DNA of 64,000 nt. It comes from an uncultured Deferribacteraceae bacterium (lineage in GTDB: Bacteria > Chrysiogenota > Deferribacteres > Deferribacterales > Mucispirillaceae). Positions within the stretch are counted from its first letter, which is position 1, and each line of letters starts with the position of its first letter. Position numbers and translations under genes: made by a program. Shown here piece by piece: positions 1 to 10,306 of the stretch. Below the pieces are notes generated by a model. The model did not search any database, was not told the origin of the DNA, and saw nothing but the letters and a program-made list of their open reading frames with translations. The stretch is taken from contig CAMQYS010000007.1 in NCBI GenBank assembly GCA_947039395.1, forward strand, positions 971 to 64,970. Direction: 5' to 3'.

Positions 1-312
1 TTGTGGATCAATAACAAGAAGAACATCTTTACCTGATTTAATCGAATCATCTATAAACTTGAAAGAAGTACCGTATAAATTTCCATGTATTGTAGCATAT
101 TCTAAAAAATCACCTGCTGATATCATCTCATTAAACTTATCAATACCCACAAAAAAATAATCCCTACCTTCTACCTCGATCCCTCTCCTAGCTCTTGTAG
201 TATAAGAAACAGAATCTTGAATATTAGGATATTTTTCCATAAACATTTTAGCTAATGTTGTCTTGCCAGCGCCACTTGGAGCTGAAAAAATTAATAGAGT
301 ACCTTCATTCAT
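1..312 (-). CDS. gmk: guanylate kinase, N-terminal part (gene runs off window start)
   Basis: Not in ORF track. Reverse-complement translation from ATG at 312 gives MNEGTLLIFSAPSGAGKTTLAKMF...SYTTRARRGIEVEGRDYFFV...EYATIHGNLYGT. P-loop and YTTR motif are typical of Gmk. Confidence 0.85.
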   Translation of the reverse strand, partial: MNEGTLLIFSAPSGAGKTTLAKMFMEKYPNIQDSVSYTTRARRGIEVEGRDYFFVGIDKFNEMISAGDFLEYATIHGNLYGTSFKFIDDSIKSGKDVLLVIDPQ

Positions 313-459
313 ATAATTCTACTCACAAATTAATCTTCTAGCAGTGTGAAACTATTATACTACAATATTTTGTATAAAATATCAAGGTATAACTTACCTA
401 AATAATAATTTATTAAAATAAAAACCGTAACATTTAATATAAAAAGTTCATAATATCTA

Positions 460-1167
460 CTATCTAATTGAAAGAAATTTATGTGTTTGAGCAATAACTC
501 GAATAACAATAGATGTTGTAGAAAATTTAGTAAACAGACTCTTAATAATATCCTCATCAACCTTATTGTCCAGTGGTTGGATAATAAGCTGTTTCACTCT
601 CTTAGATGTTAGTAATTTAATAAGATAATCCAAATCTTCCTCTTTATAATTGTATGCATCAAACGGAAGTTTTAGATAATAAAATGAATGTTCTAACTTA
701 TCTACTGCATCTAATAAACTAGGTAATGTGGATACAGACTCTTTATCGTGCATCTTTAAATCAATACTCATAACATTCATATACTCGTCTAATGCCATTA
801 AATTCTCTGGGATAGAGCCGTTAGTTTCTAAAAAGAATTGTATACCCTTATTAAGTTTTTTAATATCATCTACAGCTTTCTTTATAAAATTAGATTGTAA
901 TGAAGGTTCTCCCCCTGTAAAAGATATTGAATGATATAAACTTAAATCAAACTCTGATAATATTATATCTATTAAATCATTAACCGTAATAGGGTTTATA
1001 TATTTTTTATTATTTATTACAAAATATTTCTTACTACTATTATCTGTATCACAGTACGAACATGTTAAGTTACATCCTTCAAATCTAATAAAAAGTTGAT
1101 ACAAACCAATATACAACCCCTCTCCTTGAATTGAAGCAAATATCTCATTTACATATGCTTTTTCCAT
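460..1167 (-). CDS. queE: 7-carboxy-7-deazaguanine synthase-like radical SAM enzyme
   Basis: EIFASIQGEGLYIG...FIRFEGCNLTCSYCDT signature. Start moved to MEKAYVNE (1167), matching QueE N-termini. The track's TTG start at 1224 lies in a duplicated copy of the galE 3' end. Confidence 0.8.
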   Translation of the reverse strand: MEKAYVNEIFASIQGEGLYIGLYQLFIRFEGCNLTCSYCDTDNSSKKYFVINNKKYINPITVNDLIDIILSEFDLSLYHSISFTGGEPSLQSNFIKKAVDDIKKLNKGIQFFLETNGSIPENLMALDEYMNVMSIDLKMHDKESVSTLPSLLDAVDKLEHSFYYLKLPFDAYNYKEEDLDYLIKLLTSKRVKQLIIQPLDNKVDEDIIKSLFTKFSTTSIVIRVIAQTHKFLSIR

Positions 1168-1200
1168 CTCTATTTTTTTACTCTCTAATTTTAATTTATA

Positions 1201-1266
1201 AAACTTTACACTTACTACTTTCAAACTTACAAAACTTTACAGCTACTACTTACTACTTTCAAACTT
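1201..1266. repeat. imperfect tandem duplication (28 nt vs 35 nt) spanning the galE stop codon
   Basis: aaactttacacttactactttcaaactt (1201-1228) recurs at 1232-1266 with a 7-nt insertion (gctacta). Confidence 0.8.
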
Positions 1267-2226
1267 TTCTTTATGATACTTCCATGCACTTTCAATTATA
1301 GCATCAACTGTTAAATACTCTCTTCTCCAACCTAGAACAGCTTCTGCTGTATTTGATGATGCTATTAATGTTGAAGGATCGCCATCTCTACGCTCTCTTA
1401 TCTCAACTGGAATTTCAGCTCCAGTTACTTTTCTACAACTTTCAATTATATCAAGAATAGAGTACCCTTCGCCACTTCCTAAATTGACTTTTAACGATTG
1501 CTTATTATTAGATAAATAACGATATGCAAGTAGATGTGCTTTTGCTATATCATACACATGAATATAATCTCTAATACACGTTCCATCTACTGTATCGTAA
1601 TCATCTCCATTTATAAATATCTTATCTCTTAAACCTAAAGCTACCTCTAATATAATAGGTATTAGGTGAGTCTCTGGTTTATGATTTTCTCCAAAATTAT
1701 GATATGCACCCGATGCATTAAAGTATCTCAATGCAACATGGTAAACATCAGATGATCGTTCAACTGATTCTAAAAACCTCTCAACAAATAGTTTAGACAT
1801 ACCATACGGGTTTGTAGGATTTTTGATATGATTTTCATCAATAGGAATATATTGTGGTTCGCCGTAAACGGCTGCTGTTGATGAAAATATAATTTTTTTA
1901 ATACCTTTTTCTATAAAATAATTGAAGAACTTAATCGCTTTTGAAAAGTTGTTTTCATAATATCTATAAGGTTCAATAACCGATTCTCCAACTTCAATAA
2001 ATGCAGCGAAATGCATTATAGCATCAATTTTTTCTTCATTGTAAATTTTTTCAAGTAAAGAGATATCATCAATATCTCCTTCGTAAAACTTTATACCATT
2101 AGGCAGATACTCTTTTTTGGAACGTGTTAGATTATCTAAAATGATAACCTCTTCTCCTTCATCTTTAAGAATTGATGCAACAGTTGACCCTATATACCCT
2201 GCTCCACCTGTTAAAAGTATAGACAT
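1246..2226 (-). CDS. galE: UDP-glucose 4-epimerase
   Basis: MSILLTGGAGYIGS Rossmann motif, YGMSK catalytic motif, full-length GalE-like. GAGGT Shine-Dalgarno (SD) site lies 4-5 nt before the ATG at 2226. Confidence 0.9.
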   Translation of the reverse strand: MSILLTGGAGYIGSTVASILKDEGEEVIILDNLTRSKKEYLPNGIKFYEGDIDDISLLEKIYNEEKIDAIMHFAAFIEVGESVIEPYRYYENNFSKAIKFFNYFIEKGIKKIIFSSTAAVYGEPQYIPIDENHIKNPTNPYGMSKLFVERFLESVERSSDVYHVALRYFNASGAYHNFGENHKPETHLIPIILEVALGLRDKIFINGDDYDTVDGTCIRDYIHVYDIAKAHLLAYRYLSNNKQSLKVNLGSGEGYSILDIIESCRKVTGAEIPVEIRERRDGDPSTLIASSNTAEAVLGWRREYLTVDAIIESAWKYHKEKFESSK

Positions 2227-2334
2227 ATTTACCTCGTTATGATACAAATTAAAACTAAATAAAAACTGTTCAAAATTATATAATAAAATGAAATATAACA
2301 TATAATTTATTAAATATAAAGGTTGAAAATTATA

Positions 2335-3246
2335 ATGATAGATATACTACTTGCTACATATAACGCAGATAAATATATTACGCAACAAATTGATTCAATA
2401 TTAGCTCAGACATACAGAGATTTTAAAATAATAATATCTGATGATGGATCAACAGATAACACATTATCAATAATAAATGAATATGTAGCTAAATATCCAG
2501 ATAAAATAACTATACTACCTTTTAATAAAAATCTAGGCGTTAAAGAAAATTTTAACTACCTCTTACAAAACTCTAAGAGCGACTATATATCATTCTCTGA
2601 TCATGATGATATTTGGCTAGAAAATAAATTAGAAACATCTATTGAGCAATTAAAAAAACTAGAAAATAATTCGCCTGCACTTATCTACTCTGATAAATCA
2701 TTAGTTGATAAAGATATTAACCTCATCTCTCTATCATCAAATAAAATAGAAAACTTAAAAGCCGAAAATTTTAAATTAAATAAATTGTTAGTACAAAACA
2801 CCGCATCTGGTTGCACAATAATGATAAATAAAAAACTAAAAGATATTATAGGCAATATTCCAACAGAAGCCGTTATGCACGATCATTATATTATGCTTAT
2901 AGCATCAATATTTGGTAAGATAGAGTATATCGACAAACCATTAATATTATATCGTCAACATGGTGATAATGTTATAGGTGGACAAAAATATAATCTAGCA
3001 TATCTTATTAAGAAATTACTTAATGGAAGAAAAGTACTGAGTGACAAGTTTCAAGAGTATGTTAATCAATCTAAAAAAATTAAAGAGATTTATAGAGATA
3101 AAATAGATAGTCCAAAATTAGAAATAATAGAAAACTTCAACTCCTTAGATAATGTTGGCTACTTTAAGTTTAGATATATACTCATAAAATATAACTTTTT
3201 TAAAGCTGGTTTAATTAGAAAAATAGGAATGATAACTCTTCTATAA
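2335..3246 (+). CDS. family 2 glycosyltransferase (O-antigen/rhamnosyltransferase-like)
   Basis: DILLATYNADKYITQQIDSILAQTY...ISDDGSTDNT...FSDHDDIW GT-A/DXD-type motifs. ATG at 2335 preferred over TTG at 2323. Confidence 0.85.
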   Translation: MIDILLATYNADKYITQQIDSILAQTYRDFKIIISDDGSTDNTLSIINEYVAKYPDKITILPFNKNLGVKENFNYLLQNSKSDYISFSDHDDIWLENKLETSIEQLKKLENNSPALIYSDKSLVDKDINLISLSSNKIENLKAENFKLNKLLVQNTASGCTIMINKKLKDIIGNIPTEAVMHDHYIMLIASIFGKIEYIDKPLILYRQHGDNVIGGQKYNLAYLIKKLLNGRKVLSDKFQEYVNQSKKIKEIYRDKIDSPKLEIIENFNSLDNVGYFKFRYILIKYNFFKAGLIRKIGMITLL

Positions 3247-3368
3247 AAAATTCCTACTTCTAAAAAATATAGCAACACAATAAAACATACTTACTATAAT
3301 ACCACTCGTTTTTCGACGACTCACTCATATTTAAAGTAATATAAACTTATATAATAAAAAGTAAATAA

Positions 3369-4229
3369 TTACCATTTCTCAATATCAATAAATTCTTTTA
3401 ACGCATCTTCCCAGTTAGGCATAGGATCAAGATTATTTAATCTTAAATTCATTTTATCTAGTTGAGAGTTTTCAGGTCTTTTAGCTGGAGTTGGATACTC
3501 TGATGATGCACAAGGTGTAACTTTTTGATCAAGTCCTCTAAGCTTAAAAAAGTTTACTGCAAGATCGTACCATGAAGCTGAACCTTCGCAAGTTAAATGG
3601 AATATACCTCGTAGATCTTTATCTAAATTAATAAGTGATTTAAGTTTGCTGCTAACTGCAAGTGTTGATGTTGGATTACCTATCTGATCGTTAACAACTT
3701 TTAATTCATGCACACCTTCAACAGATAATCTATTCATCGTATGAAGAAATGATGGACCACCTAATCCGTATAACCAACTAATTCTAGCTATAATATAATC
3801 ACTTGAGTTCTCTCTTACAAAAACCTCGCCAGCATATTTTGATCTGCCATAAACTGATGATGGATTAGGAGTATCATACTCATTATACGGTTTATCAGAC
3901 ACACCATCAAAAACATAATCAGTAGATATGTATATAATTTTTGCCTTAACTTCCTCTGCTGCTATTGCAACATTTTTACTACCTAACGCATTTAATTTAT
4001 ATGCAAAATCTGAGTCTGTCTCTGCACCATCAACCCTTGTATAGGCTGCTGCATGAATTATAATATCTGGATTAATCTCTTTTGTGAACTTTAAAAATCT
4101 ATTAAAATCGGTTATATCTGTATCATCAATATCTGCTATATATATAGTGTGATCGCCTTTAAAGTCATCTGTAATCTGGCGACCTAACATACCTCTCCCA
4201 CCAGTTATCATAATTTTTTTATTACTCAT
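3369..4229 (-). CDS. rfbD: dTDP-4-dehydrorhamnose reductase
   Basis: ITGGRGMLG, YGRSKYAGE, full-length RmlD-like. GGGGAGAA SD. Confidence 0.93.
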   Translation of the reverse strand: MSNKKIMITGGRGMLGRQITDDFKGDHTIYIADIDDTDITDFNRFLKFTKEINPDIIIHAAAYTRVDGAETDSDFAYKLNALGSKNVAIAAEEVKAKIIYISTDYVFDGVSDKPYNEYDTPNPSSVYGRSKYAGEVFVRENSSDYIIARISWLYGLGGPSFLHTMNRLSVEGVHELKVVNDQIGNPTSTLAVSSKLKSLINLDKDLRGIFHLTCEGSASWYDLAVNFFKLRGLDQKVTPCASSEYPTPAKRPENSQLDKMNLRLNNLDPMPNWEDALKEFIDIEKW

Positions 4230-4278
4230 AAAATTCTCCCCACTTACTATATTTAAAATATATTATATAGAAGTCAAA

Positions 4279-4759
4279 CTATCCACTATTAGTTGTAGTC
4301 GCAGATCTCTCATAAAATATATACTCTTTAATTTCTATCTCTTGTGCTTGTGCTTGTGAATTTAGTTTTACCTCAAAATTAAAACTCTTTTTCCAATTAC
4401 CCTAAATACATTTAAGCACCTATTTTTATTTATAGTTCCCGTAAACTCTCTTATAGAGTTATTATCAATATAGTAAACTTCATTATAATAATTATCCGAA
4501 AATTCTTTTAAAGTAACTTGTGAGTTATTATCTAAAACACTCTTTTAAAAGTAAACGAACTCTCCGATATTATCATAATAATATTTACCATCATCTTTTT
4601 TTGTACTCTCTTCAATAGTTAAGTACATTGTAATAGGATATTTATTATAAATATATCCTTCTAAAATATGAAGAGTTTTTATAGAAGTTATTTCGGTGGA
4701 TATTTGAGCAAAAAGCTGTGTGCTTAACATTAAAAACAATAAACAAAATATTTTTTCAT
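4279..4759 (-). pseudogene. decayed gene for a small secreted protein (frameshift, nonsense codon, second frameshift)
   Basis: ATG at 4759 reads MKKYFVYCF*. One extra A in the A6 run would give MKKIFCLLFLMLSTQLFAQ..., joining the track ORF 4545-4739. An in-frame TAA at 4545-4547 is followed by 58 more open codons, then a further frame change continues to TAG at 4279. Confidence 0.5.
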
Positions 4760-4862
4760 AGTATGAAACCCATAATTCAACTTATTTTGTAAACTCTACT
4801 ACAAAAAGTTTTAATATTAAGTCTAGTTATTCTGCTAGATATAATAATATATAGATTAAATA

Positions 4863-5411
4863 TTACTCGTAAGGAGTAATGTTTGAAAAACTAGGTAGCT
4901 CACTATCTTTACTAGAAAGCAGTATATCTTTATGATCTATCTTCCAATCTATAGCTAAGTCTATATCTGAAAAACTCACTCCACCATCGTGAGTTGGAGC
5001 ATAAATATTATCACACTTATATGCAAATGTTGCATAATCTGATAGCACTACAAACCCGTGCAGAAAACCTCGTGGAAGATAAAATTGTTTCTTATTCTCA
5101 CCTGATAGCTCTACCGAATATGACTTACCGTATGTTGATGATCCCTTTCTAAAATCAACTGCAACATCTAAAACTAAGCCATCAATTACTCGAACAAGTT
5201 TACTCTGCGTATAAGGTGGTTTCTGATAATGTAGCCCTCTTAATGTTCCATATTTTGATCTTGATTCATTATCTTGAACAAAACTATCATTGATACCGTA
5301 TTCAGCTAATTTTGATGTGTTATAACTTTCAAAAAAGTATCCTCTATCATCGCTAAAAATTTTTGGTTCAATTACCACTAGTCCATCTATTCCTGTCTCT
5401 ATAATATTCAT
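4863..5411 (-). CDS. rfbC: dTDP-4-dehydrorhamnose 3,5-epimerase
   Basis: DDRGYFFES...RGLHYQ...KLVRV...DVAVD cupin motifs of RmlC. Confidence 0.95.
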   Translation of the reverse strand: MNIIETGIDGLVVIEPKIFSDDRGYFFESYNTSKLAEYGINDSFVQDNESRSKYGTLRGLHYQKPPYTQSKLVRVIDGLVLDVAVDFRKGSSTYGKSYSVELSGENKKQFYLPRGFLHGFVVLSDYATFAYKCDNIYAPTHDGGVSFSDIDLAIDWKIDHKDILLSSKDSELPSFSNITPYE

Positions 5412-5491
5412 TTAATATATCCTATCTCTTTCAATTCTGTTAATTATATTTCTATAATTTTGATTTAATCTATCTAATTTATTTTAATAAA

Positions 5492-6355
5492 TCACTTTAA
5501 TAGTTTATGAAGGTACTGTCCGTACCCATTCTTTTCAAACAGTTTTGCACGCTCTAAAAGTTGGTTCTCACTTATCCATTTATTCTCAAATGCGATCTCT
5601 TCTAAGCACGCAACTTTCAATCCTTGACGGTTCTCAATTGTATTAATAAATTGAGTCGCTTCCATCATACTCTCATGCGTACCTGTATCTAGCCATGCAT
5701 GTCCACGTCCTAAACGTTCAACTTTTAACTTGCCACGTTTTAGATACTCTTGATTAACAGATGTGATCTCAAGCTCACCCCTTGCTGAAGGTTTAATGTT
5801 TTTTGCTATATCAATCACATAGTTATCATAGAAATATAAACCAGTTACTGCATAGTTTGATTTTGCTATTTTAGGTTTCTCCTCAATAGATACAGCATTA
5901 AACTTATCATCAAACTCGACAACGCCAAAACGTTCTGGATCTGATACATAGTATCCAAAAACTGTCGCACCATCTTCTCTTTTTACAGCGTTAGAAAGTA
6001 GCTCCGATAACCCGTAACCGTAGAAAATATTATCTCCTAGAACAAGGGCTACATTATCATCTTTGATAAATGTTTCTCCTATTATAAAAGCCTGTGCTAG
6101 ACCATCTGGAGATGGTTGAACTCTATATTCAATATTCACTCCAAACGCACTACCATCTCCTAATGTTCTGACAAAACCTGCTTGATCTTCTGGGGTTGTG
6201 ATAATCAGTATATCTCTAATCTTTGCCAACATCAAAACTGATAACGGGTAATATATCATCGGTTTATCGTAGATCGGAAGCAACTGTTTTGATACCCCTA
6301 ATGTTACTGGATGCAACCTTGTTCCTGCACCACCTGCTAATACTATTCCTTTCAT
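5492..6355 (-). CDS. rfbA: glucose-1-phosphate thymidylyltransferase
   Basis: [18 protein letters not shown]...[18 protein letters not shown], RmlA signature. Confidence 0.95.
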   Translation of the reverse strand: MKGIVLAGGAGTRLHPVTLGVSKQLLPIYDKPMIYYPLSVLMLAKIRDILIITTPEDQAGFVRTLGDGSAFGVNIEYRVQPSPDGLAQAFIIGETFIKDDNVALVLGDNIFYGYGLSELLSNAVKREDGATVFGYYVSDPERFGVVEFDDKFNAVSIEEKPKIAKSNYAVTGLYFYDNYVIDIAKNIKPSARGELEITSVNQEYLKRGKLKVERLGRGHAWLDTGTHESMMEATQFINTIENRQGLKVACLEEIAFENKWISENQLLERAKLFEKNGYGQYLHKLLK

Positions 6356-6357
6356 AA

Positions 6358-7446
6358 CTATATCCCCAATCTCTCTAACTTATATGAGCCATCTAATATA
6401 TTTTTACACCAGCTGTCTTTATTCGCTAAATACCACTCTATAGTTTTTAATATACCTGTTTCAAAAGTTTCCTCTGGTAGCCAATTCAACTCTTTATGTA
6501 TCTTACTAGCATCAATTGCGTAACGACGATCATGTCCTGGACGATCTTTAACAAAAATTATCTGTTCTTTATAAGATTTTCCATCAACACGTTTTTTAAT
6601 CTCATCTAATATTTCACATATCTTATGAACAACATCAATATTTTTCTTCTCATTATGTCCACCGATATTATACGTCTCTCCAACTCTACCATCTACTGCA
6701 ACTTTATATAATGCTCTTGCATGGTCATCAACATATAACCAATCACGTATCTGATCTCCAGCACCATAAATAGGTAAATCCTTGCCGTTTAACGCTGATA
6801 AGATTATTAATGGAATTAATTTTTCTGGAAAATGATAAGGTCCATAATTATTCGAACAGTTAGTAACAACAATAGGTACTTTAAAAGTTCTATTCCAAGC
6901 TCTAACAATATGATCGCTTGATGCTTTACTTGCTGAATATGGAGAACTAGGAGAGTATTTTGTATCTTCAGTAAATAAAGATATATCATCATCTAAATCA
7001 CCGTAAACCTCATCTGTAGATACATGATGAAATATATGTCGTTTAGTAGCTCTCTCCTCTTCTGATAGATTAAAATATAGCTTTCTAAATGATTCTAAAA
7101 GAGTGTACGTACCGATAATATTTGTGTTTATAAAATCTGATGGAGAATCGATTGATCTATCAACGTGGGACTCTGCTGCAAGGTGCATAACTATATTTGG
7201 TTTATAATCAACAAAAATATCCTCAATAGCCTTTTTGTCACATATATCAGCCTTTTCAAATTTATATCGTTTATCGTTAGATATAGATTTTAAAGACTCT
7301 AAATTACCTGCATAAGTTAGTTTATCAACTATCAATATCTCATCTTTTCTCTCACCAATAATGTACCTTGATAAAGCTGATCCTATAAAACCTGCACCAC
7401 CAGTAATTAATATTCTGTTCATATTATGATCTAAACTATTTAACAT
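6358..7446 (-). CDS. rfbB: dTDP-glucose 4,6-dehydratase
   Basis: [31 protein letters not shown]. Track N-terminus is over-extended. AGGT SD favours the ATG at 7446 (7452 also possible). Confidence 0.94.
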   Translation of the reverse strand: MLNSLDHNMNRILITGGAGFIGSALSRYIIGERKDEILIVDKLTYAGNLESLKSISNDKRYKFEKADICDKKAIEDIFVDYKPNIVMHLAAESHVDRSIDSPSDFINTNIIGTYTLLESFRKLYFNLSEEERATKRHIFHHVSTDEVYGDLDDDISLFTEDTKYSPSSPYSASKASSDHIVRAWNRTFKVPIVVTNCSNNYGPYHFPEKLIPLIILSALNGKDLPIYGAGDQIRDWLYVDDHARALYKVAVDGRVGETYNIGGHNEKKNIDVVHKICEILDEIKKRVDGKSYKEQIIFVKDRPGHDRRYAIDASKIHKELNWLPEETFETGILKTIEWYLANKDSWCKNILDGSYKLERLGI

Positions 7447-7541
7447 ATTCATATACCTAAAAAACTTTATTTTTATATCTATTAGAAAAGATAATTTTAT
7501 AATAATTTCTAGGTAAATGCAAGGACACAAAAAATAAAAAC

Positions 7542-7577
7542 AAAAAAAAGATACTGAAATGATAGGTTTTCTATCAT
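7542..7577 (-). terminator. possible weak terminator after the YjfB-like gene
   Basis: 7-bp stem atgatag/ctatcat (7559-7577) with a T8 run on the minus strand 9 nt further on. Non-canonical spacing. Confidence 0.3.
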
Positions 7578-7623
7578 CTCAATATCAATTTAATAACTAC
7601 ATGAAATTTAAAATGTTCTTAAA

Positions 7624-7815
7624 CTAAGCCATAATATCAATCGTTGTTCCTTTTTGAGCACTAGAAGAAGAACCAGATGCTCCTGAAGCACTTGATACCG
7701 CCGCTGCTGAATCAATAAGTTGCAACATAGCTCCACCTTGAAGCTTAACGTAATCTTGAGCTTTCTTTGCAACATTTGTTGCGTATTCCATCTGTATAGT
7801 TGAGCTAACATTCAT
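7624..7815 (-). CDS. YjfB-family putative motility protein (63 aa, Ser/Ala-rich linker)
   Basis: MNVSSTIQMEYATNVAKKAQDYVKLQGGAMLQLID...AQKGTTIDIMA resembles the YjfB pattern (KKA.D...QG...L...G..IDI). AAGGAG SD lies 7 nt before the ATG at 7815. Confidence 0.6.
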   Translation of the reverse strand: MNVSSTIQMEYATNVAKKAQDYVKLQGGAMLQLIDSAAAVSSASGASGSSSSAQKGTTIDIMA

Positions 7816-7841
7816 AAGCACACTCCTTAAACATAACAAAA

Positions 7842-7869
7842 TTATCGGATATTTTGAATAGATACTTTA
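7842..7869 (-). promoter_or_regulatory. sigma-28 (FliA)-type promoter
   Basis: Minus strand reads TAAAG-N16-tCCGATAA (TAAAG = 7869-7865, CCGATAA = 7848-7842), against consensus TAAA-N15-GCCGATAA. It lies about 27 nt upstream of the YjfB-like start codon. Confidence 0.45.
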
Positions 7870-8024
7870 GTTATCAAAATGGAAAACTTAACATAGTATT
7901 AAATAAAACTTAACTAATTATCAAGAGTATAATTCAACATATACAATTAGTTCTTAAAAAAATGTTAATATTAAACTTTTAAACCTATAATAGAAACTCA
8001 CAATAAGTTCAACCAATACCTATA

Positions 8025-9578
8025 CTACTTATCAAACTTTAGCTCTCCAGCTAGAACCATTCTCTTTAATTCTCTCTTTAAAACTTTCCCTGTTGCAGTA
8101 AGTGGTAAAGCCTCTAAAATATTTACATATCTAGGGTTTTTAAATGTTGCCACACGCGTGCGTATATAATCTTTTATCTCTTTCTCTGTTAAACTCATAC
8201 CCTCAAATATTTGAGCATATGCAACAATAATCTCATCTTTGTTAGGAGTTGGTACACCTATTACAGCAGCAGCCTCTATTTGAGGAAGCTCTAACATAAT
8301 ATCCTCTATCTCACGAGGATAAATATTCATACCTTTAGATATAATAAGATCTTTCTTTCTATCAACTATAGTTACAAAATCTTCTTCATCCATCTTTGCA
8401 AAATCACCAGTAAACAGCCAACCATTCTTAATCGCATCATCAGTTGCCTTAGGCATCTTCCAGTAGCCTTTCATTACATTTTCGCCTTTAACAATCAACT
8501 CTCCAACTTCACCAAGAGGTACTTCTTTATCATTCTCATCAATAATCTTACCTCTAACACCAGGTATTAATTTTCCAACAGTTGATGCTTTATTATGTCT
8601 AACACTGTTAAATGATACTAGTGGCGATGCCTCTGATAATCCGTAACCCTCTAATATAGGAACACCAAATTTTGCTTTAAAAGCACTTAATGTCTCCTCT
8701 GATATAGGAGCTCCACCTGATATATGTAACTGTACAGGATAAAGAAACTTTATAAACCATTTAGGGAATTTAGCTTTTACCAACGCTTGGAATACTTGTG
8801 GAACGCCTAACATAACTCTTGGACGCTTAAATAGTAATATGTTTCTAAACTTTTTCGTTCTAAGCTCTGTAACGGATTCTAATAATACGATAGATGTTCC
8901 AACAGATATAGGATATAAAACTGATGTAGTAAGTGTGTATGAATGAAATAGAGGTAGAAAAACTAAAAATTTCTGATCTGGTCTTATCGCTATACATTTA
9001 TCTGCAGAGTCCATATTATGTATAAGGTTACCGTGACTTATCATAGCTCCTTTAGGAAACCCTGTTGTACCTGATGTATAGATAAAAAAAGCTAAATCAT
9101 CAAAATCTGCTTGAGATAAATATTCGCTATCTGAACAACTTACTAACTCTTTAAATATATTTTTTGCCTTAAAACTGTTCTCTCCCCATGATTGAATAGA
9201 TGTAAGCTTTTTACAATTTTCTTTAAAATATCCTATCATATCTGCAAACTTTTCTGATGTGATTAATATCTTTGAGTCACTATCATTGATAATATATGCA
9301 ACCTCAGAATCACGAAGCATATTGTTGATAGGGATAACTATTACACCTGCTTTTAATATAGAAAATATACTGATTAAATATTCAGGAGAGTTCTGCATAA
9401 GAATAGATACTTTATCTCCCTTCTTTACACCTAACTTTTCTAAATATCTCGCAAAACTATTTGTTGTTCTGTCTACTTCTGAATAAGAATATTTCTTATC
9501 ATTGAAATATATTAGAGGTTTCTTAGATAATCTTTGTGCTTGACTTGTTAGCATTAAACCTAAATTTTTAAATTTCAT
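8025..9578 (-). CDS. long-chain fatty acid-CoA ligase (AMP-binding family)
   Basis: YTSGTTGFPKGA AMP-binding motif, GYGLSE, TGDFAKMDEEDF...VDRKKD, C-terminal ATGKVLKRELK. Confidence 0.85.
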   Translation of the reverse strand: MKFKNLGLMLTSQAQRLSKKPLIYFNDKKYSYSEVDRTTNSFARYLEKLGVKKGDKVSILMQNSPEYLISIFSILKAGVIVIPINNMLRDSEVAYIINDSDSKILITSEKFADMIGYFKENCKKLTSIQSWGENSFKAKNIFKELVSCSDSEYLSQADFDDLAFFIYTSGTTGFPKGAMISHGNLIHNMDSADKCIAIRPDQKFLVFLPLFHSYTLTTSVLYPISVGTSIVLLESVTELRTKKFRNILLFKRPRVMLGVPQVFQALVKAKFPKWFIKFLYPVQLHISGGAPISEETLSAFKAKFGVPILEGYGLSEASPLVSFNSVRHNKASTVGKLIPGVRGKIIDENDKEVPLGEVGELIVKGENVMKGYWKMPKATDDAIKNGWLFTGDFAKMDEEDFVTIVDRKKDLIISKGMNIYPREIEDIMLELPQIEAAAVIGVPTPNKDEIIVAYAQIFEGMSLTEKEIKDYIRTRVATFKNPRYVNILEALPLTATGKVLKRELKRMVLAGELKFDK

Positions 9579-9690
9579 AAATAAACCCCTCTTAAACTTC
9601 TGATTTACTGTTACCTTTAAGAAAATATGCTATATTTATAGGTAGTATACCTACTATTATACACATTTTTACATAAATTAACATTATTTT

Positions 9691-10233
9691 TTACTTAGAT
9701 AAGAATATCCTTTTTATAGCAGGGATTAAAAGAATAGCGATCACCATCTTAACTATTTCTGGAATAATGAACGGCAAGATAGATACTTTAAATGCAGTAT
9801 CAATATCCATAGCCTTATTTTGGATATAATTTATATTCAAATAAAAATATACAAGACCGATTAGATAGATAATAGATAATGAAATAAGTATAGATAATGC
9901 ATAGCCATATATATTATCTATCTTCTTTGCGATAACTCCTGCTGGGATTACTGCAAATAAAAACCCTATTAAAAAACCAAATGATGGACGTAGGAAATAC
10001 GATATACCACCACCTGATGCAAAAATAGGCAAACCTATCAGCCCTAAAACAAGGTAGATCAAAACTCCATAGAACGATAATCTACTCCCAAAAACCACTG
10101 GAATAATAAATATTACCAACATCTGTAATGTGAATGGTAGGTATGGATTAGGTATACGAATAAACGTAGAAATTGTAACCATCGCTGTGATTAATCCTAT
10201 ATATACAGGATATTTATATCTATCATCTATCAT
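9691..10233 (-). CDS. bioY: biotin transporter BioY
   Basis: Polytopic membrane protein with PFTLQMLVIF...GLPIFASGGGISYFLRPSFGFLIGF, typical of BioY. GGAGAG SD before the ATG at 10233. Confidence 0.8.
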   Translation of the reverse strand: MIDDRYKYPVYIGLITAMVTISTFIRIPNPYLPFTLQMLVIFIIPVVFGSRLSFYGVLIYLVLGLIGLPIFASGGGISYFLRPSFGFLIGFLFAVIPAGVIAKKIDNIYGYALSILISLSIIYLIGLVYFYLNINYIQNKAMDIDTAFKVSILPFIIPEIVKMVIAILLIPAIKRIFLSK

Positions 10234-10306
10234 CGTGATACTCTCTCCAAAAATGATAATCATCAAAACTATCAACTAACTACCACACAATCATAAGTAG
10301 AAAACC

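Noticed and set aside
4545-4547. An in-frame TAA followed by a continued open frame, which could suggest stop-codon reassignment.
   Set aside because: All other genes in the window terminate normally at TAA, TAG or TGA with sensible lengths. The same locus also has two frameshifts, so it is a pseudogene.
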